Shown here: piece by piece, positions 21,385 through 31,510 of the stretch | How the letters are laid out: each line of letters starts with the position of its first letter | Numbering within the stretch: the stretch's first letter is position 1 | Source of the DNA: Terriglobia bacterium | GTDB lineage: Bacteria; Acidobacteriota; Terriglobia; JAJPHL01; JAPKYU01 | DNA length: 64,000 bases | Direction of reading: 5' to 3' | Assembly (NCBI GenBank): GCA_965206645.1 | Contig: CBDBKE010000001.1 | Location: forward strand, 1 to 64,000 | Program-made: the position numbers and the translations under genes | The notes under the pieces: generated by a model | The model's database searches: none | What the model was told of the DNA's origin: nothing | Seen by the model: only the letters and a program-made list of their open reading frames with translations

Positions 21385-23415
21385 ATGCGTAGGTCCTTGA
21401 TTCGCTCCGTAGGACCCGCAATGGCGCTGCTAGCCTTGGGGCTGCTAGCCATCGGCCTGATGAAGTTGGATCATCCGGGCCCACTTCTTGCTCACAAGCC
21501 ATCCTCCGCAGCGGAAACCCCAGCGGCCAACAAGCCGCAGGTGGTGGGGACTTTCGGAAAACTGCCTCTCTATTTCATTGAGAACCAGGGGCAGCTCGAC
21601 CCCCGCGCCGCCTACTACATCCAGGGTGGCGACAAGAGCATCTACTTCACTGGCCACGGTGTGACCTTTGCGCTGACGGACGCCGGGGACGGCGCCGGAG
21701 ACGAAAAGCCCTCATCGGAGGCCCTCCTGCACCCCGCCTCTTACCAGGGGATGGGCGGCGCCAAGGAGCACGGTTCGCAAAGGGAGGCGGAGCGATGGGT
21801 GGTCAAGCTGGACTTCGTCAATGCGAACCCAGACGTGCGGCCTGTGGGGCAGGAACCGACCGCCGCCGTCATCAGCTACTTTAAGGGACCGCGGGAGGAA
21901 TGGACCACTGGACTGCCAACTTACGCGAGCCTGGTCTATCGCGATTTGTGGCCGGGCATTGACCTGGTGTACACGGGCACCGGCAGCCGCCTGAAATATA
22001 CCTTCTTGGTCCAGCCTGGGGCTGACCCCAACCAGATCAAGCTGGCCTACCGCGGCGCGTCGGCGGTTCGGATCAATGCGGCAGGGCAACTGGAGGTATC
22101 CACGCCGCTGGGGGGCTTTCAGGAGGACAAACCCTACGTCTATCAGGAGGTGGAAGGCCAGCGCCTGGAGGTCGCCGCGGCCTACAGCCTGGAGAGCGAG
22201 GCTTCCGATGGAGTGCAATTCGGCTTCCGCCTGGGTGCCTGCGACCCGCAGAAGGTGCTGGTGCTCGACCCCGTCGTGGTGCTTTACGCCGGCTACATCG
22301 GCGGCGTCGGCGACGATAGCGGTAATGGCATTGCCGTGGACTCCACGGGCAACGCCTACGTTACCGGCAGGACCACCTCCAGCGAGGGCACCTTTCCGGT
22401 GACCGTGGGACCCGACCTGACCTTCAATGGCGGCGTCCTCGACGCCTTCGTGGCCAAGGTGAACGCCTCGGGTGCTGCCCTCGACTACGCCGGCTACATC
22501 GGTGGCTCGGGCTCAGATCAAGGTTTTGGCATTGCCGTCGACTCCACAGGCAACGCCTACGTTACCGGCGCGACCTTCTCCAGCGAGGCCACCTTCCCGG
22601 TGACGGTGGAACCCGACCTGACCTTCAATGGCGGCGGCCAATTCGGCGGCGACGCCTTCGTGGCCAAGATCGGGGACGAGCCGCTGGGGCCTCCGACCCT
22701 GCCGGCCAACTCTGTGGTCAATGGCGCCAGCTTCCGGCCAGCGACGGAACCGGATTCGGCCATCGCTCCGGGCGCGATTGTCGCCATCTTTGGCGCGGAC
22801 CTGGCCAGCGATACCCAGGTGGCCACAGTTGTGCCTCTTCCCACCACACTGGGAGATGCGAGGGTAACCTTTAACGATATTCCGGCCCCGCCGTTTTTTG
22901 TGTCGGGGGGGCAGATCAATGCGCAGGTCCCGTTTGAGCTGATGGCCGGAACGGGGTCGGTCACGGTGCAGGTGACGCGGGGCACTGAATCGAGCGAGGC
23001 GCAGCCGATTGCAATCGCAGCCGTTTCGCCAGGAATTTTTACGCTGAACCAGCAGGGCATCGGTCCGGGGGCGATTCTTCACGCGGGAGATTTCCAGCCA
23101 GTCAACGACAGCGCGCCCGCGCAGCCCGGTGAATTCATCCTCATTTTTTGCACTGGGCTCGGTTCGGTACAGCCCGAAGTCCCGTCCGGCGACGTTGCCC
23201 CCACCGTTGAGCCTCTGGCGCGAACCGTCACTCTGCCGATGGTGAACATCGCCGGCATAGCCGCTGACGTGACCTTTTCTGGCCTGGCCCCAGGATTCGT
23301 GGGGCTCTACCAGGTGAATGTGCAGGTGCCGGCGGGCGTGCCGTCAGGTACGCAGGAGGTCGAAATCATCATCGACGGCGTGCCGAGCAACACGGTCACC
23401 ATCGCCGTCGAATAA
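21385..23415 (+). CDS. Secreted SBBP-repeat protein with TIGR03437 (Solibacter-type) C-terminal domain
   Basis: LPLYFIENQGQ N-domain, repeated 'GIAVDSTGNAYVTG', 'VVNGASF', 'QINAQVP', 'GLAPGFVGLYQVN'. Confidence 0.88.
   Translation: MRRSLIRSVGPAMALLALGLLAIGLMKLDHPGPLLAHKPSSAAETPAANKPQVVGTFGKLPLYFIENQGQLDPRAAYYIQGGDKSIYFTGHGVTFALTDAGDGAGDEKPSSEALLHPASYQGMGGAKEHGSQREAERWVVKLDFVNANPDVRPVGQEPTAAVISYFKGPREEWTTGLPTYASLVYRDLWPGIDLVYTGTGSRLKYTFLVQPGADPNQIKLAYRGASAVRINAAGQLEVSTPLGGFQEDKPYVYQEVEGQRLEVAAAYSLESEASDGVQFGFRLGACDPQKVLVLDPVVVLYAGYIGGVGDDSGNGIAVDSTGNAYVTGRTTSSEGTFPVTVGPDLTFNGGVLDAFVAKVNASGAALDYAGYIGGSGSDQGFGIAVDSTGNAYVTGATFSSEATFPVTVEPDLTFNGGGQFGGDAFVAKIGDEPLGPPTLPANSVVNGASFRPATEPDSAIAPGAIVAIFGADLASDTQVATVVPLPTTLGDARVTFNDIPAPPFFVSGGQINAQVPFELMAGTGSVTVQVTRGTESSEAQPIAIAAVSPGIFTLNQQGIGPGAILHAGDFQPVNDSAPAQPGEFILIFCTGLGSVQPEVPSGDVAPTVEPLARTVTLPMVNIAGIAADVTFSGLAPGFVGLYQVNVQVPAGVPSGTQEVEIIIDGVPSNTVTIAVE
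22285..22670 (+). repeat. Two near-identical ~190-nt intragenic SBBP repeat units (approximate bounds)
   Basis: 'tacgccggctacatcgg...ggcattgccgt.gactccac.ggcaacgcctacgttaccggc...cccgacctgaccttcaatggcggc...gacgccttcgtggccaag' occurs twice. Confidence 0.8.
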
Positions 23416-23491
23416 TCTGCGGCGGGTCCGGGAAGGGCGGCTGCCGAAAAAATGGCCTTACAAGCGTTGGAACCTCAGGGGAGGCATCGAC

Positions 23492-25063
23492 ATGGGACAT
23501 CACCATCTTTCACGGCGCGAGATCCTGAATTCGATCACTGTACTGGGCTCAGGGAGCCTACTGCTGCCCTGGCGCGCGCTGTACGGTGAAGGTTCGGCTA
23601 CTTCGACTCCGGGCATGATTCGCGGCGCGCTGCGCGACGGCGCCACCGGCAAGCCGGTTGCGGCCAAAATCTGTGTCACCGATGCAGACTCGGGTGAGCC
23701 CTACCTGCCAACCGGAGCCATCCAGAGCATGCCACGGCGAACACAGACACCTGCGAAGCGCTACTTCTATGCTCGGGGAGACTACGAGCTGGCGGTTCCT
23801 CCCGGGCGCTACCAGGTGGAGGCGGTTCGCGGGCTCAGCCACGATCAGGCTGAAGCAATGATCGAGGTTGGCGCCGGCATGACTCGCGTGGTGGATTTGG
23901 ATATTCCCCTGCTCGAGGATCTGCATGCTTCCGGGTGGTACTCGGGCAACACGCACACGCACTATCACCTGGAGATGGAGGAGAATCCGGACGACCGGCT
24001 GCGCTTGGTGCCCCCGGCGGAGGCGCTCGACGTCAGCGTGATCAGTTACCTGATTCGAAACGACTCGCCTTACATCACCAATCGCTATCCCGTCGGCCGT
24101 CTGCCGCAATTCTCTGGCGAAGGCACCCTGGTGGATGTGGGGGAAGAGGCGCGGAATAACATCAAACCCTGGTCGATGGGCTACGGCCATTGCCTGTTTC
24201 TGAATATCCCGCGATTGGTGGAGCCGGTTTCGACAGGTTTGCTGTCGCGGGACGGCAAGTTGCCTGATTTCCCGACCTTGTCCATGCTTTGCGCCGAGGC
24301 CAAGCGGATCGGCGGAACCACGGTCTGGTGCCACGATGGTCGGGGGATGGAAATGCCCGTTGCGGTGGCGTTGGGCAATGTCGACGCGTTCAATCTGGCC
24401 GATGGTGCGGAGGCCGACTACCGACGATACTATCGATTGCTGAACTGTGGCTTTCAGCTGCCGGCCTCTTCCGGGACCGACTGGTGGATCTACGATCACA
24501 ATCGCGTCTTTGTGCAGGTGGATGGCCCGTTTACCTATGACGGCTGGATTCGCGGTTTGAAGGCAGGACGGACCTTTGTCACCAATGGTCCGCTGCTGGA
24601 ACTGAAAGTGAACGGCGAAGCGCCGGGAGCCGCGCTAGAAACACACGGCCCTCTTCGGGTGGCTGCCCGCGCAGTGTCGCGACTGCCATTCGACCGCCTG
24701 GAGATCGTACGGGACGGCGAAGTGGTGGCAGAGCAGTCCGCGCGGGACCATCGGGAAGCGGTGCTCGAACGGGAGATCCCGGTTCAGCGAAGCGGCTGGA
24801 TCGCGTCGCGTGTGGCGGCGCGAGCCAAGACGCACGCCGGGTTTACCGTGTTTGCCCACACAAGCCCCGTCTACTACAGAGTTCCCGGTACGCTTGGCAG
24901 GCGGGCAGAAGCGGCCGGTGCGTTCGTGGATCAGATCGAGGCATCCATGCGGATCGTGCGGAAGAGTTACAAGTTCGCGAGCGAAGCGGACAGGGCCTTG
25001 GCGATCGGAAGGTTTGAGCAGGGCAGAAACGTGTACGCCAGGCTGATTGCCGAAGGCAAATGA
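23492..25063 (+). CDS. CehA/McbA-family (PHP-like) metallohydrolase with Tat-like signal
   Basis: GWYSGNTHTH, SSGTDW, GRTFVTNGP, FAHTSPVY; N-terminal SRREIL. Confidence 0.8.
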   Translation: MGHHHLSRREILNSITVLGSGSLLLPWRALYGEGSATSTPGMIRGALRDGATGKPVAAKICVTDADSGEPYLPTGAIQSMPRRTQTPAKRYFYARGDYELAVPPGRYQVEAVRGLSHDQAEAMIEVGAGMTRVVDLDIPLLEDLHASGWYSGNTHTHYHLEMEENPDDRLRLVPPAEALDVSVISYLIRNDSPYITNRYPVGRLPQFSGEGTLVDVGEEARNNIKPWSMGYGHCLFLNIPRLVEPVSTGLLSRDGKLPDFPTLSMLCAEAKRIGGTTVWCHDGRGMEMPVAVALGNVDAFNLADGAEADYRRYYRLLNCGFQLPASSGTDWWIYDHNRVFVQVDGPFTYDGWIRGLKAGRTFVTNGPLLELKVNGEAPGAALETHGPLRVAARAVSRLPFDRLEIVRDGEVVAEQSARDHREAVLEREIPVQRSGWIASRVAARAKTHAGFTVFAHTSPVYYRVPGTLGRRAEAAGAFVDQIEASMRIVRKSYKFASEADRALAIGRFEQGRNVYARLIAEGK

Positions 25064-25085
25064 CCAGGATGGAGGGTAAGCTCGA

Positions 25086-26093
25086 ATGCGCAAAACAATG
25101 ATCATCATGGCGATCGTCATGGCCATGCTCCTGGCCGCCAGCTTGTGTGGCGCCGAGCATGGTTGGTATCCGCACGAGGGCGGGCTGCTCCGCTATCGGG
25201 TCCACATTCGTTTTGGCGAAGAGCCCGACACGATGCCGGAAGGGTGGAAGTTCGGGCGGGTCTCTGCAGTTGCCACCGACTCTGCGGGACAGGTGTACGT
25301 CTTTCAGCGTGGCAGGAAAGCCGACCCGATTGTCGTCTTTGACGCCAAGGGGAAGTATCTCCGTTCCTGGGGCAAGGGCATGTTCGGCAATCCCCACGGC
25401 ATGCGCGTGGACAGGAACGACCATGTGTGGGTCACCGATAACGGCGACCACCAGGTCATGAAGTTCACCAGGCCGGGCAAGTTGCTCCTGACGCTGGGAA
25501 TGAAGGGGAAGCCCGGCACGGATGATAAGACCTTCAACCGTCCGACCGACATCGCCTTCGCGCCTTCAGGCGATTTCTACGTGTCGGACGGCTATGGCAA
25601 CTCGCGCGTGGTGAAATTCTCAGCTGACGGAAAGTATCTGCTGGCGTGGGGCAAGCGGGGTACGGGACCGGGCGAGTTCAACATTCCCCATTCCATCGCG
25701 GTGGATTCCAAGGGCCTAGTCTATGTCAGCGACCGAGAGAACAACCGAATTCAAATCTTCGACGCCGACGGCAAGTTCCTGCGGCAGTGGACGCACCTGG
25801 GGGCGACGCAGAACATTTTCATCACCCCCAAGGACGAGGTGTGGGTCATCACCTACCGTAACAACATTGAGAATCTCACGTACGACACGCTGGCGGGGCG
25901 GATCATGCGCATTGACCTGGCTACCGGCAAGATACTGGGCGCGATGGAGAGCCCGGGACACTGGATCCATGCGAGCCCGACCGGGGAGATTTTCATCGGC
26001 AGCCTGACAGGCAACGTCTTCCGGTGGTATCCGGGCTGGCTCAGCAAGGGAGCCGACAGCGAGGAAGGCCTCCAACCGGTGAATCTGCCGTAA
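25086..26093 (+). CDS. NHL-repeat protein (peptidyl-alpha-hydroxyglycine alpha-amidating lyase-like), secreted
   Basis: FGNPHGM, FNRPTDIA, DGYGNSRV, FNIPHSIAVD, DRENNRIQIF; signal peptide. Confidence 0.88.
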   Translation: MRKTMIIMAIVMAMLLAASLCGAEHGWYPHEGGLLRYRVHIRFGEEPDTMPEGWKFGRVSAVATDSAGQVYVFQRGRKADPIVVFDAKGKYLRSWGKGMFGNPHGMRVDRNDHVWVTDNGDHQVMKFTRPGKLLLTLGMKGKPGTDDKTFNRPTDIAFAPSGDFYVSDGYGNSRVVKFSADGKYLLAWGKRGTGPGEFNIPHSIAVDSKGLVYVSDRENNRIQIFDADGKFLRQWTHLGATQNIFITPKDEVWVITYRNNIENLTYDTLAGRIMRIDLATGKILGAMESPGHWIHASPTGEIFIGSLTGNVFRWYPGWLSKGADSEEGLQPVNLP

Positions 26094-26259
26094 TTCCGAG
26101 TGGCTGCCGATTATGCCAGCGTGGGAAGACGCAGGCGGTCGGCTTGCGCAGTCTCGGCCACTGCAATTCTAGTCTTGCCTGGTCCCGGGGAACCTGTGCC
26201 GAGCGGAAGCATTTTCTTCCCACTAAGTAATCGCGACGCCGCAAGGCTTCTCTACGCGA

Positions 26260-27215
26260 TTACCACGGCATCTGGCGCTTGGTGTGCCGGCGCCCCTTCT
26301 CGGCGGTCTCTTGGGTGCCGCTTCCGATCATTACTCCTTCCTCGATCATGTCGATGACATTATCTGGGCGAACCGTGTTGAGAAACGCAATGTCGGCGTC
26401 CTTGCAGGCCTTCATCACGCGATCACGAGCAGCACTCATCTCTCTTGGATAGGGCGCGCTATGCCCCATAGGGTATCCGAAGGACATGCCCATGTCGCCC
26501 GGCCCCCATTCGGCGAAACCAATACCCGGAACCTTGGTGGTCGACTCCGCGTTGAGCACAGCGTGCCGGTCTTCGAGCTTGAGGCCCAACAGCAATTCCC
26601 CCTCCGGATTCAGCGGCCAGGGATCGGCCTTCCGCAGGTACTCCTCCACGGGAACTCCCCAGATCCGAGCGGCGTTATCCTGACCTCCCGCTCCGCGCAG
26701 CCCCTCTTCGAGACCGTTGCCCGCTGCCTGCTTATGAAAAGGATATCGTGCTGCCCTTACGAACTCCCGTACCGCCCCCGGCGAGCGAGCATGGACGAGC
26801 AAGATTCCGTGAACGCCCGTCGCCAGGACTTGTTTGACCATCCAGTAATTTGCCTTGATGGCATCCTCGCTGATACCGCCGACCGGCAGGACGACAATCA
26901 CCGCGGGTGTGCGATGGCCGCTCTTGGGGGGCCGCCGTCGGCCAATCCCTGCATGAAGTCCGCCAACTTCGAAACATCGTAAGGGTCGTGCTCCATGTCG
27001 TAATTAAGGTAGTCGGCCCAGGTCTGGGCCATTTTCTTGCCTTCCTCGTAGCCGCCGTGGGCGTAGGTGACATAGATTGGTTGCCCCTGGTCCAATAGCT
27101 CGATCGCCCTGTTAATCCGCTTCCCGTTGGACGACGGGGCCGACGACTGCAGAGTCGAGAGGCCGGCAACCCAGCCAGCAACGGCCAAGATCAAAAGCAT
27201 TGCCGTTTTCCTCAT
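26260..27215 (-). CDS. HpcH/HpaI aldolase/citrate lyase family protein with signal peptide; frameshift near 26925
   Basis: YDMEH in ORF 26898-27281; 'VLATGVHGILL', 'LKLED', 'EWGPGDMGMS' in ORF 26260-26901. Confidence 0.78.
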
Positions 27216-27298
27216 AGTCCCTCCAAAAAAGTTGATCCGTTCGTTGATTATGGAGTCCCCTGACAAACCCCAGCGTCGCATCCGTGGCGGGGGCGGGA

Positions 27299-28888
27299 TT
27301 ACTGATCGAGCGCGAAAGCGAGAAGTGCCTGTCCGGCGGCGATGACCACATGTTGTTTGCCGTTACTCAGGTAGGTGATGGGATTGGCGGTGATCTCCCC
27401 GCCGGTCTGAAAATTCCACAGGGATTTGCCGGTGGAGGCATCGAGCGCGAAAAAGTCGCCTTCCTCGCTGCCGCCAAAGACCAGGCCACCGGCCGTCGAG
27501 AGCACGCCAGCCCAGGGCGGAGAATGCAATCTGAATTTCCACCGCAGATGGCCGGTTTCCGGCTGGAGTGCTCGGATCGCGCCATAGCCACCGGGAATCC
27601 GGCGATTACCCCCGGCCGTAAACAGACTGCCAGGCTTATATTCCACTTCACCCTTGAAGAAGATGTCGCCCCTTTCCCGGACGGCTACATATAAGAGGTT
27701 TGTGGGAGGGCTGTAGGAGGGGCTGAACCAGTTGGTGGCGCCCGCAACACCCGGGTAGACCTCAGTTCCTTCTACGGTGGGAAATGTGTTGGGCAGACGG
27801 ATGGGGTGGCCATCCTCATCCAGTTCTTTGGCCCAGGTCTGCTTGGCGTACGGCGTGCCCAGCAGAAACTCACCCGTCTGGCGGTCCAGGACGTAGTAAA
27901 AGGCGTTGCGGTTGGCGAACAGGACCAGCTTACGCCGCTTTCCGCGAACTGTCCCCTCAGCCAGGACGGGGACCTGCGTGGAGTCCCAATCGTGTACATC
28001 ATGCGGAGTGAACTGGAAATACCACTTTAGCTTTCCTGTATCGGCGTCAAGAGCCACTAAGCAGTCCGAGTAGAGATTGTCTCCAAGCCGAAAGTCGCCG
28101 TTCCAGTCCGGTCCGGGATTGCCTGTCCCCCAGAAAACCAGGTTCAATTCCGGATCGTAAGAGCCGGTCACCCAGGTGGTTGCCGAACCGGTCTTCCAAC
28201 TATCCCCTGCCCAGGTCTCATTTCCTGGTTCGCCTGGTGCGGGGATGGTCCAGAAGCGCCAGGCGCGTTTGCCGCTTTTGGCCTCGTAGGCGTCCAGGAA
28301 GCCGCGGACACCGAACTCGCCGCCAGCGATCCCAACAATGACTTTGTCTTTCACGACCAGTGGAGCCACTGTAATCGAATGGCCGGTCTTGTAATCTGCC
28401 ACCACCGTATCCCAGCGCACGTGCCCGGTTCTTGCATCCAGCGCGACCAGATGAGAGTCCACGGTGCCAACAAACACCTGATCGTCGAGGATGGCCACGC
28501 CCCGGTTCACCTGGCCGCAGCAGACTCGCGCATCCTCGGGAATCGTCCGACGGTGCTTCCACAGCGGCCGGCCGGTCCGGGTATCCAAGGCGGTCACATG
28601 GCTGGGAGGTTCAGTGAGATACATCACACCATCCACTACCAGCGGCGTGGTTTCAAAATTGTGGCGCTCTCCAATCTGGTATGCCCAGGCTGGCTTGAGA
28701 CGGCCGACATTGGCAGCATTGATCTGCCTCAATGCAGAGAACCGATGGCTCTGAAAGTTTCCCGAGTACGTCAACCAGTTGCCCGGTTCGGCCTCGGCCC
28801 GGCGGATTCGTTCGTACGGAACCTGGGCTGGAGTCTGCTGGCTACCAAGCAACAATCCCAGCACCAGAATCAGAATTGTTCTACTCAC
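27299..28888 (-). CDS. PQQ-dependent dehydrogenase (methanol/ethanol family), secreted
   Basis: NWLTYSG, FETTPLV, vicinal CC (VCCGQVNRG), WGTGNPGP, FQFTPHDVHDWD, ANRNAFYYVLDR. Confidence 0.92.
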   Translation of the reverse strand: MSRTILILVLGLLLGSQQTPAQVPYERIRRAEAEPGNWLTYSGNFQSHRFSALRQINAANVGRLKPAWAYQIGERHNFETTPLVVDGVMYLTEPPSHVTALDTRTGRPLWKHRRTIPEDARVCCGQVNRGVAILDDQVFVGTVDSHLVALDARTGHVRWDTVVADYKTGHSITVAPLVVKDKVIVGIAGGEFGVRGFLDAYEAKSGKRAWRFWTIPAPGEPGNETWAGDSWKTGSATTWVTGSYDPELNLVFWGTGNPGPDWNGDFRLGDNLYSDCLVALDADTGKLKWYFQFTPHDVHDWDSTQVPVLAEGTVRGKRRKLVLFANRNAFYYVLDRQTGEFLLGTPYAKQTWAKELDEDGHPIRLPNTFPTVEGTEVYPGVAGATNWFSPSYSPPTNLLYVAVRERGDIFFKGEVEYKPGSLFTAGGNRRIPGGYGAIRALQPETGHLRWKFRLHSPPWAGVLSTAGGLVFGGSEEGDFFALDASTGKSLWNFQTGGEITANPITYLSNGKQHVVIAAGQALLAFALDQ

Positions 28889-29721
28889 AACCCACCTCGA
28901 AGGGAACTCAGGTACGCGACGAGGGCATCGAGTTCTGCCGTTGTGAAAACGTCTCGGTAGCTGGGCATCGGCGACTTGCCTCGCTCTTTGTGCAACTCTG
29001 CCAGTTCGCTTTTCCAGAAGGAATGCAAACCATCCGTGAAGTCGCGGACCTGAATGGAGAAGGTGCTCTCGTTCAGCCGGATGCCTGTAATGCGCCGGCC
29101 GTCTCTGGTCACAACGCGCACCTGAAGAAACTTCTCCGGCACCGCAGCTTCCGGATCCAGGAGGGAGGTCCGCAGGTAGGCGGGGCTGCGACGGGCGCCG
29201 ACCTCAGTCAACTCCGTGCCCATGCGCCCGCCGTGCCCGGCCATCGTATGGCATTGCACGCAATTTCCCTTTGTGCGGTAGAGCTGCTCGCCCCTCCCGG
29301 GATCCCCGGCGGTTGCCGGAGGCGCGGTGTGGCCCAAGGTCCGCACATAAGCGATAAGTTGCCAGATCTCACGATCGAGCATACGCCAGGCACGTGGCAT
29401 CTCCGTGCCCTCGATGCCGTTCTTGATGATATTGAACAGCGCCTTGTCGTCGGGCGCGCGAGGGAGCCGGGGAACGGCCAGCTTTGTCCCAAGACCGCCA
29501 TCGCCGCGCGGTCCGTGGCAGAGAGCGCAATTGCCCATGAACAGCCGCTCGCCTCGGGCTACGTCTTTCGGAGATAAATAGGGATTCAAGGGCGGGGGTG
29601 CCTGAGCCTGGCACAGCGCGCATCCTAGCAGTATCCCCAACAATATCTTCATCTGCGTCTCCGGCCGGCCGACAATCCAGCCAGCAACGACTGCGACCAA
29701 AAGGACTGGTATTCTTCTCAT
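28885..29721 (-). CDS. Diheme c-type cytochrome, likely partner of the PQQ enzyme
   Basis: CALCH and CVQCH heme motifs, C-terminal SPMPSY; overlaps the PQQ gene start by 4 nt. Confidence 0.87.
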   Translation of the reverse strand: MRRIPVLLVAVVAGWIVGRPETQMKILLGILLGCALCQAQAPPPLNPYLSPKDVARGERLFMGNCALCHGPRGDGGLGTKLAVPRLPRAPDDKALFNIIKNGIEGTEMPRAWRMLDREIWQLIAYVRTLGHTAPPATAGDPGRGEQLYRTKGNCVQCHTMAGHGGRMGTELTEVGARRSPAYLRTSLLDPEAAVPEKFLQVRVVTRDGRRITGIRLNESTFSIQVRDFTDGLHSFWKSELAELHKERGKSPMPSYRDVFTTAELDALVAYLSSLRGGL

Positions 29722-29778
29722 AAGTCCTCCAACCCTCTCGGACGGGGATCGGGCATCCCCTCTGTGGACATGATCGAA

Positions 29779-31347
29779 TCAATCCTGCTTTCCCCAATCG
29801 CTTAAGATGGTGTGCGCGGCGTTGTGGCCGGGGGCTCCACTGACCTCACCGTAGGGGTGCATCCCTGCTCCGCACAGATATAGCTTGTTTACCGGGGTTC
29901 GGTAGTGCGCCAGCTCTGGCAATGGTCGTTGCCATAACATCTGGCTGGGCGAGATATCGACATGATGGATGTTGCCGTCAGTCAGCAACACGCGCTGCTC
30001 CAGATCATAGGGTGTGAACAGAACGTAGTCCAGCGTTGCCCTACGAAAGTTAGGTGAATACTGGTCCACTAGCCGCAGGAGGCGTTCGGCCATCTCTTCC
30101 CGTCTCTCAGGCCAGCTCCCCTTCTTTAAGTGCACGGGCGCGAACAGAATCCAAAACGACACCGTGTGTTTTCCAGGTGGCGCCAGGGTGTCATCCCAGG
30201 CCGAGGGCGTCCTCAGCGTCATGTAGGGTGCGCGCGGCAAGCGCCCATGACGCGCATCGTCCCAAGCCCGCTCATGATAGGCCCGGTCCGGACAGATGAC
30301 CAGCTCGTAGCTGCCAGGCAGGTCGGAGCCCTCAAAGGCATAATATTCCGGCATCTCGGAGAGCGCGCAGTGAAACTTGAGCGGTGCGATGTCTGTGCGC
30401 AGCTGGCGTACTTTCTTTAGCAACCACTCGGGCAGATCGGCGGCATCCATCAGCTTGAGGAAGGTGCGCTTGGGATCGGCGTTCGAGACAATAATCTTAG
30501 CTTCAATTTTCTCTCCGGTTTCCAACTCCACGCCGACGGCACAGCCCTGCTCCACCAGAATTCGCCGCACGGGGCTGCTCGTCCGTATCTCTACCCCCTG
30601 TTCTCGCGCAGCCTGAGCCATCACCTGGGTGATGTTGCCCATCCCGCCGCGCACGTACCCACTAGGCGCCGGCCGGCCGGTTTCGGAATAATGACCCATC
30701 GCGGCCGCCAGCGCCATGGCCAGACCAGTCCCAGTGTCATACACACTGCCCATATCGTGCGGGGCGCTGATATGGTTGCGCATGACCTCGGACTCAAAAA
30801 ATCGGTCGGTGATTTGCGCCAGCGAAGTCGTCAGCACGGTGGTCAGCAGCTCTTCGCAGCCAGTCTCTCTCGCGCGTTTCATGAGATCAGCCAGCGTTGG
30901 CGGAGGTGTCAGCAGATAGGGGCCGAGCAGATTCGCGGCCTGGTCCCAGAACGCATTCCACTTCGGCCAAGCCTCTGCATCGGCTTTCGAGAAGCGAGAA
31001 ATCTCTTCCTGCATCCTGGGGAGGTCTGGCCACCAGACGAAGGGCTGATTGCCTGGGAGCACCCGAGTCAGGATCTTCCCGCAATGAGAAACCTCTTCAC
31101 CAGTCTCGGAAAATTGCAGCCCACGCTCTAGGAACCGCATGTCCTCAACCACTTTGGGTCGAAGCCAACATGCAGCATTGGCGCAGGTTGAAAACTTGAA
31201 TCCCGGAATAAGCTCTTCCGTGACGCAGGCTCCCCCGATGAGCGTCCGCGCCTCTAGCATCTCCACACTCAAACCCGCCCGCGCCAGATAGAAGGCTGCG
31301 ACCAGGCCATTATGGCCGGTGCCGATGATCAGGATATCTCGACCCAT
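29779..31347 (-). CDS. Phytoene desaturase-like FAD/NAD(P)-dependent oxidoreductase
   Basis: GTGHNGLVAA, GGACVTEE, GGMG, LYLCGAGMHP.GEVSGAPGHNAA. Confidence 0.88.
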   Translation of the reverse strand: MGRDILIIGTGHNGLVAAFYLARAGLSVEMLEARTLIGGACVTEELIPGFKFSTCANAACWLRPKVVEDMRFLERGLQFSETGEEVSHCGKILTRVLPGNQPFVWWPDLPRMQEEISRFSKADAEAWPKWNAFWDQAANLLGPYLLTPPPTLADLMKRARETGCEELLTTVLTTSLAQITDRFFESEVMRNHISAPHDMGSVYDTGTGLAMALAAAMGHYSETGRPAPSGYVRGGMGNITQVMAQAAREQGVEIRTSSPVRRILVEQGCAVGVELETGEKIEAKIIVSNADPKRTFLKLMDAADLPEWLLKKVRQLRTDIAPLKFHCALSEMPEYYAFEGSDLPGSYELVICPDRAYHERAWDDARHGRLPRAPYMTLRTPSAWDDTLAPPGKHTVSFWILFAPVHLKKGSWPERREEMAERLLRLVDQYSPNFRRATLDYVLFTPYDLEQRVLLTDGNIHHVDISPSQMLWQRPLPELAHYRTPVNKLYLCGAGMHPYGEVSGAPGHNAAHTILSDWGKQD

Positions 31348-31510
31348 TGACTGCAGATCATACCGTCGAAGATCACTCCCCGCCAAGGGGCGTGTGACTT
31401 TTTCACCGCCTCCTCTCGACGGGCGATTGCTTTCCTGGCCATCAAAGGAGTCTTGAGCGTAGGTCTCAAGTTTGTCTGCGAAAGTTGGGGATGGGTATAG
31501 CTGATGGCAC

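Noticed and set aside
19755-21452. Long antisense ORFs (e.g. 19755-21452, 406-1548, 51142-52395, 58869-59909)
   Set aside because: Shadows of well-supported genes on the opposite strand in high-GC DNA; no recognisable motifs.
22285-22670. CRISPR array or other non-coding repeat
   Set aside because: The repeats are in-frame SBBP protein repeats; no repeat-spacer array or cas gene was seen anywhere in the window.
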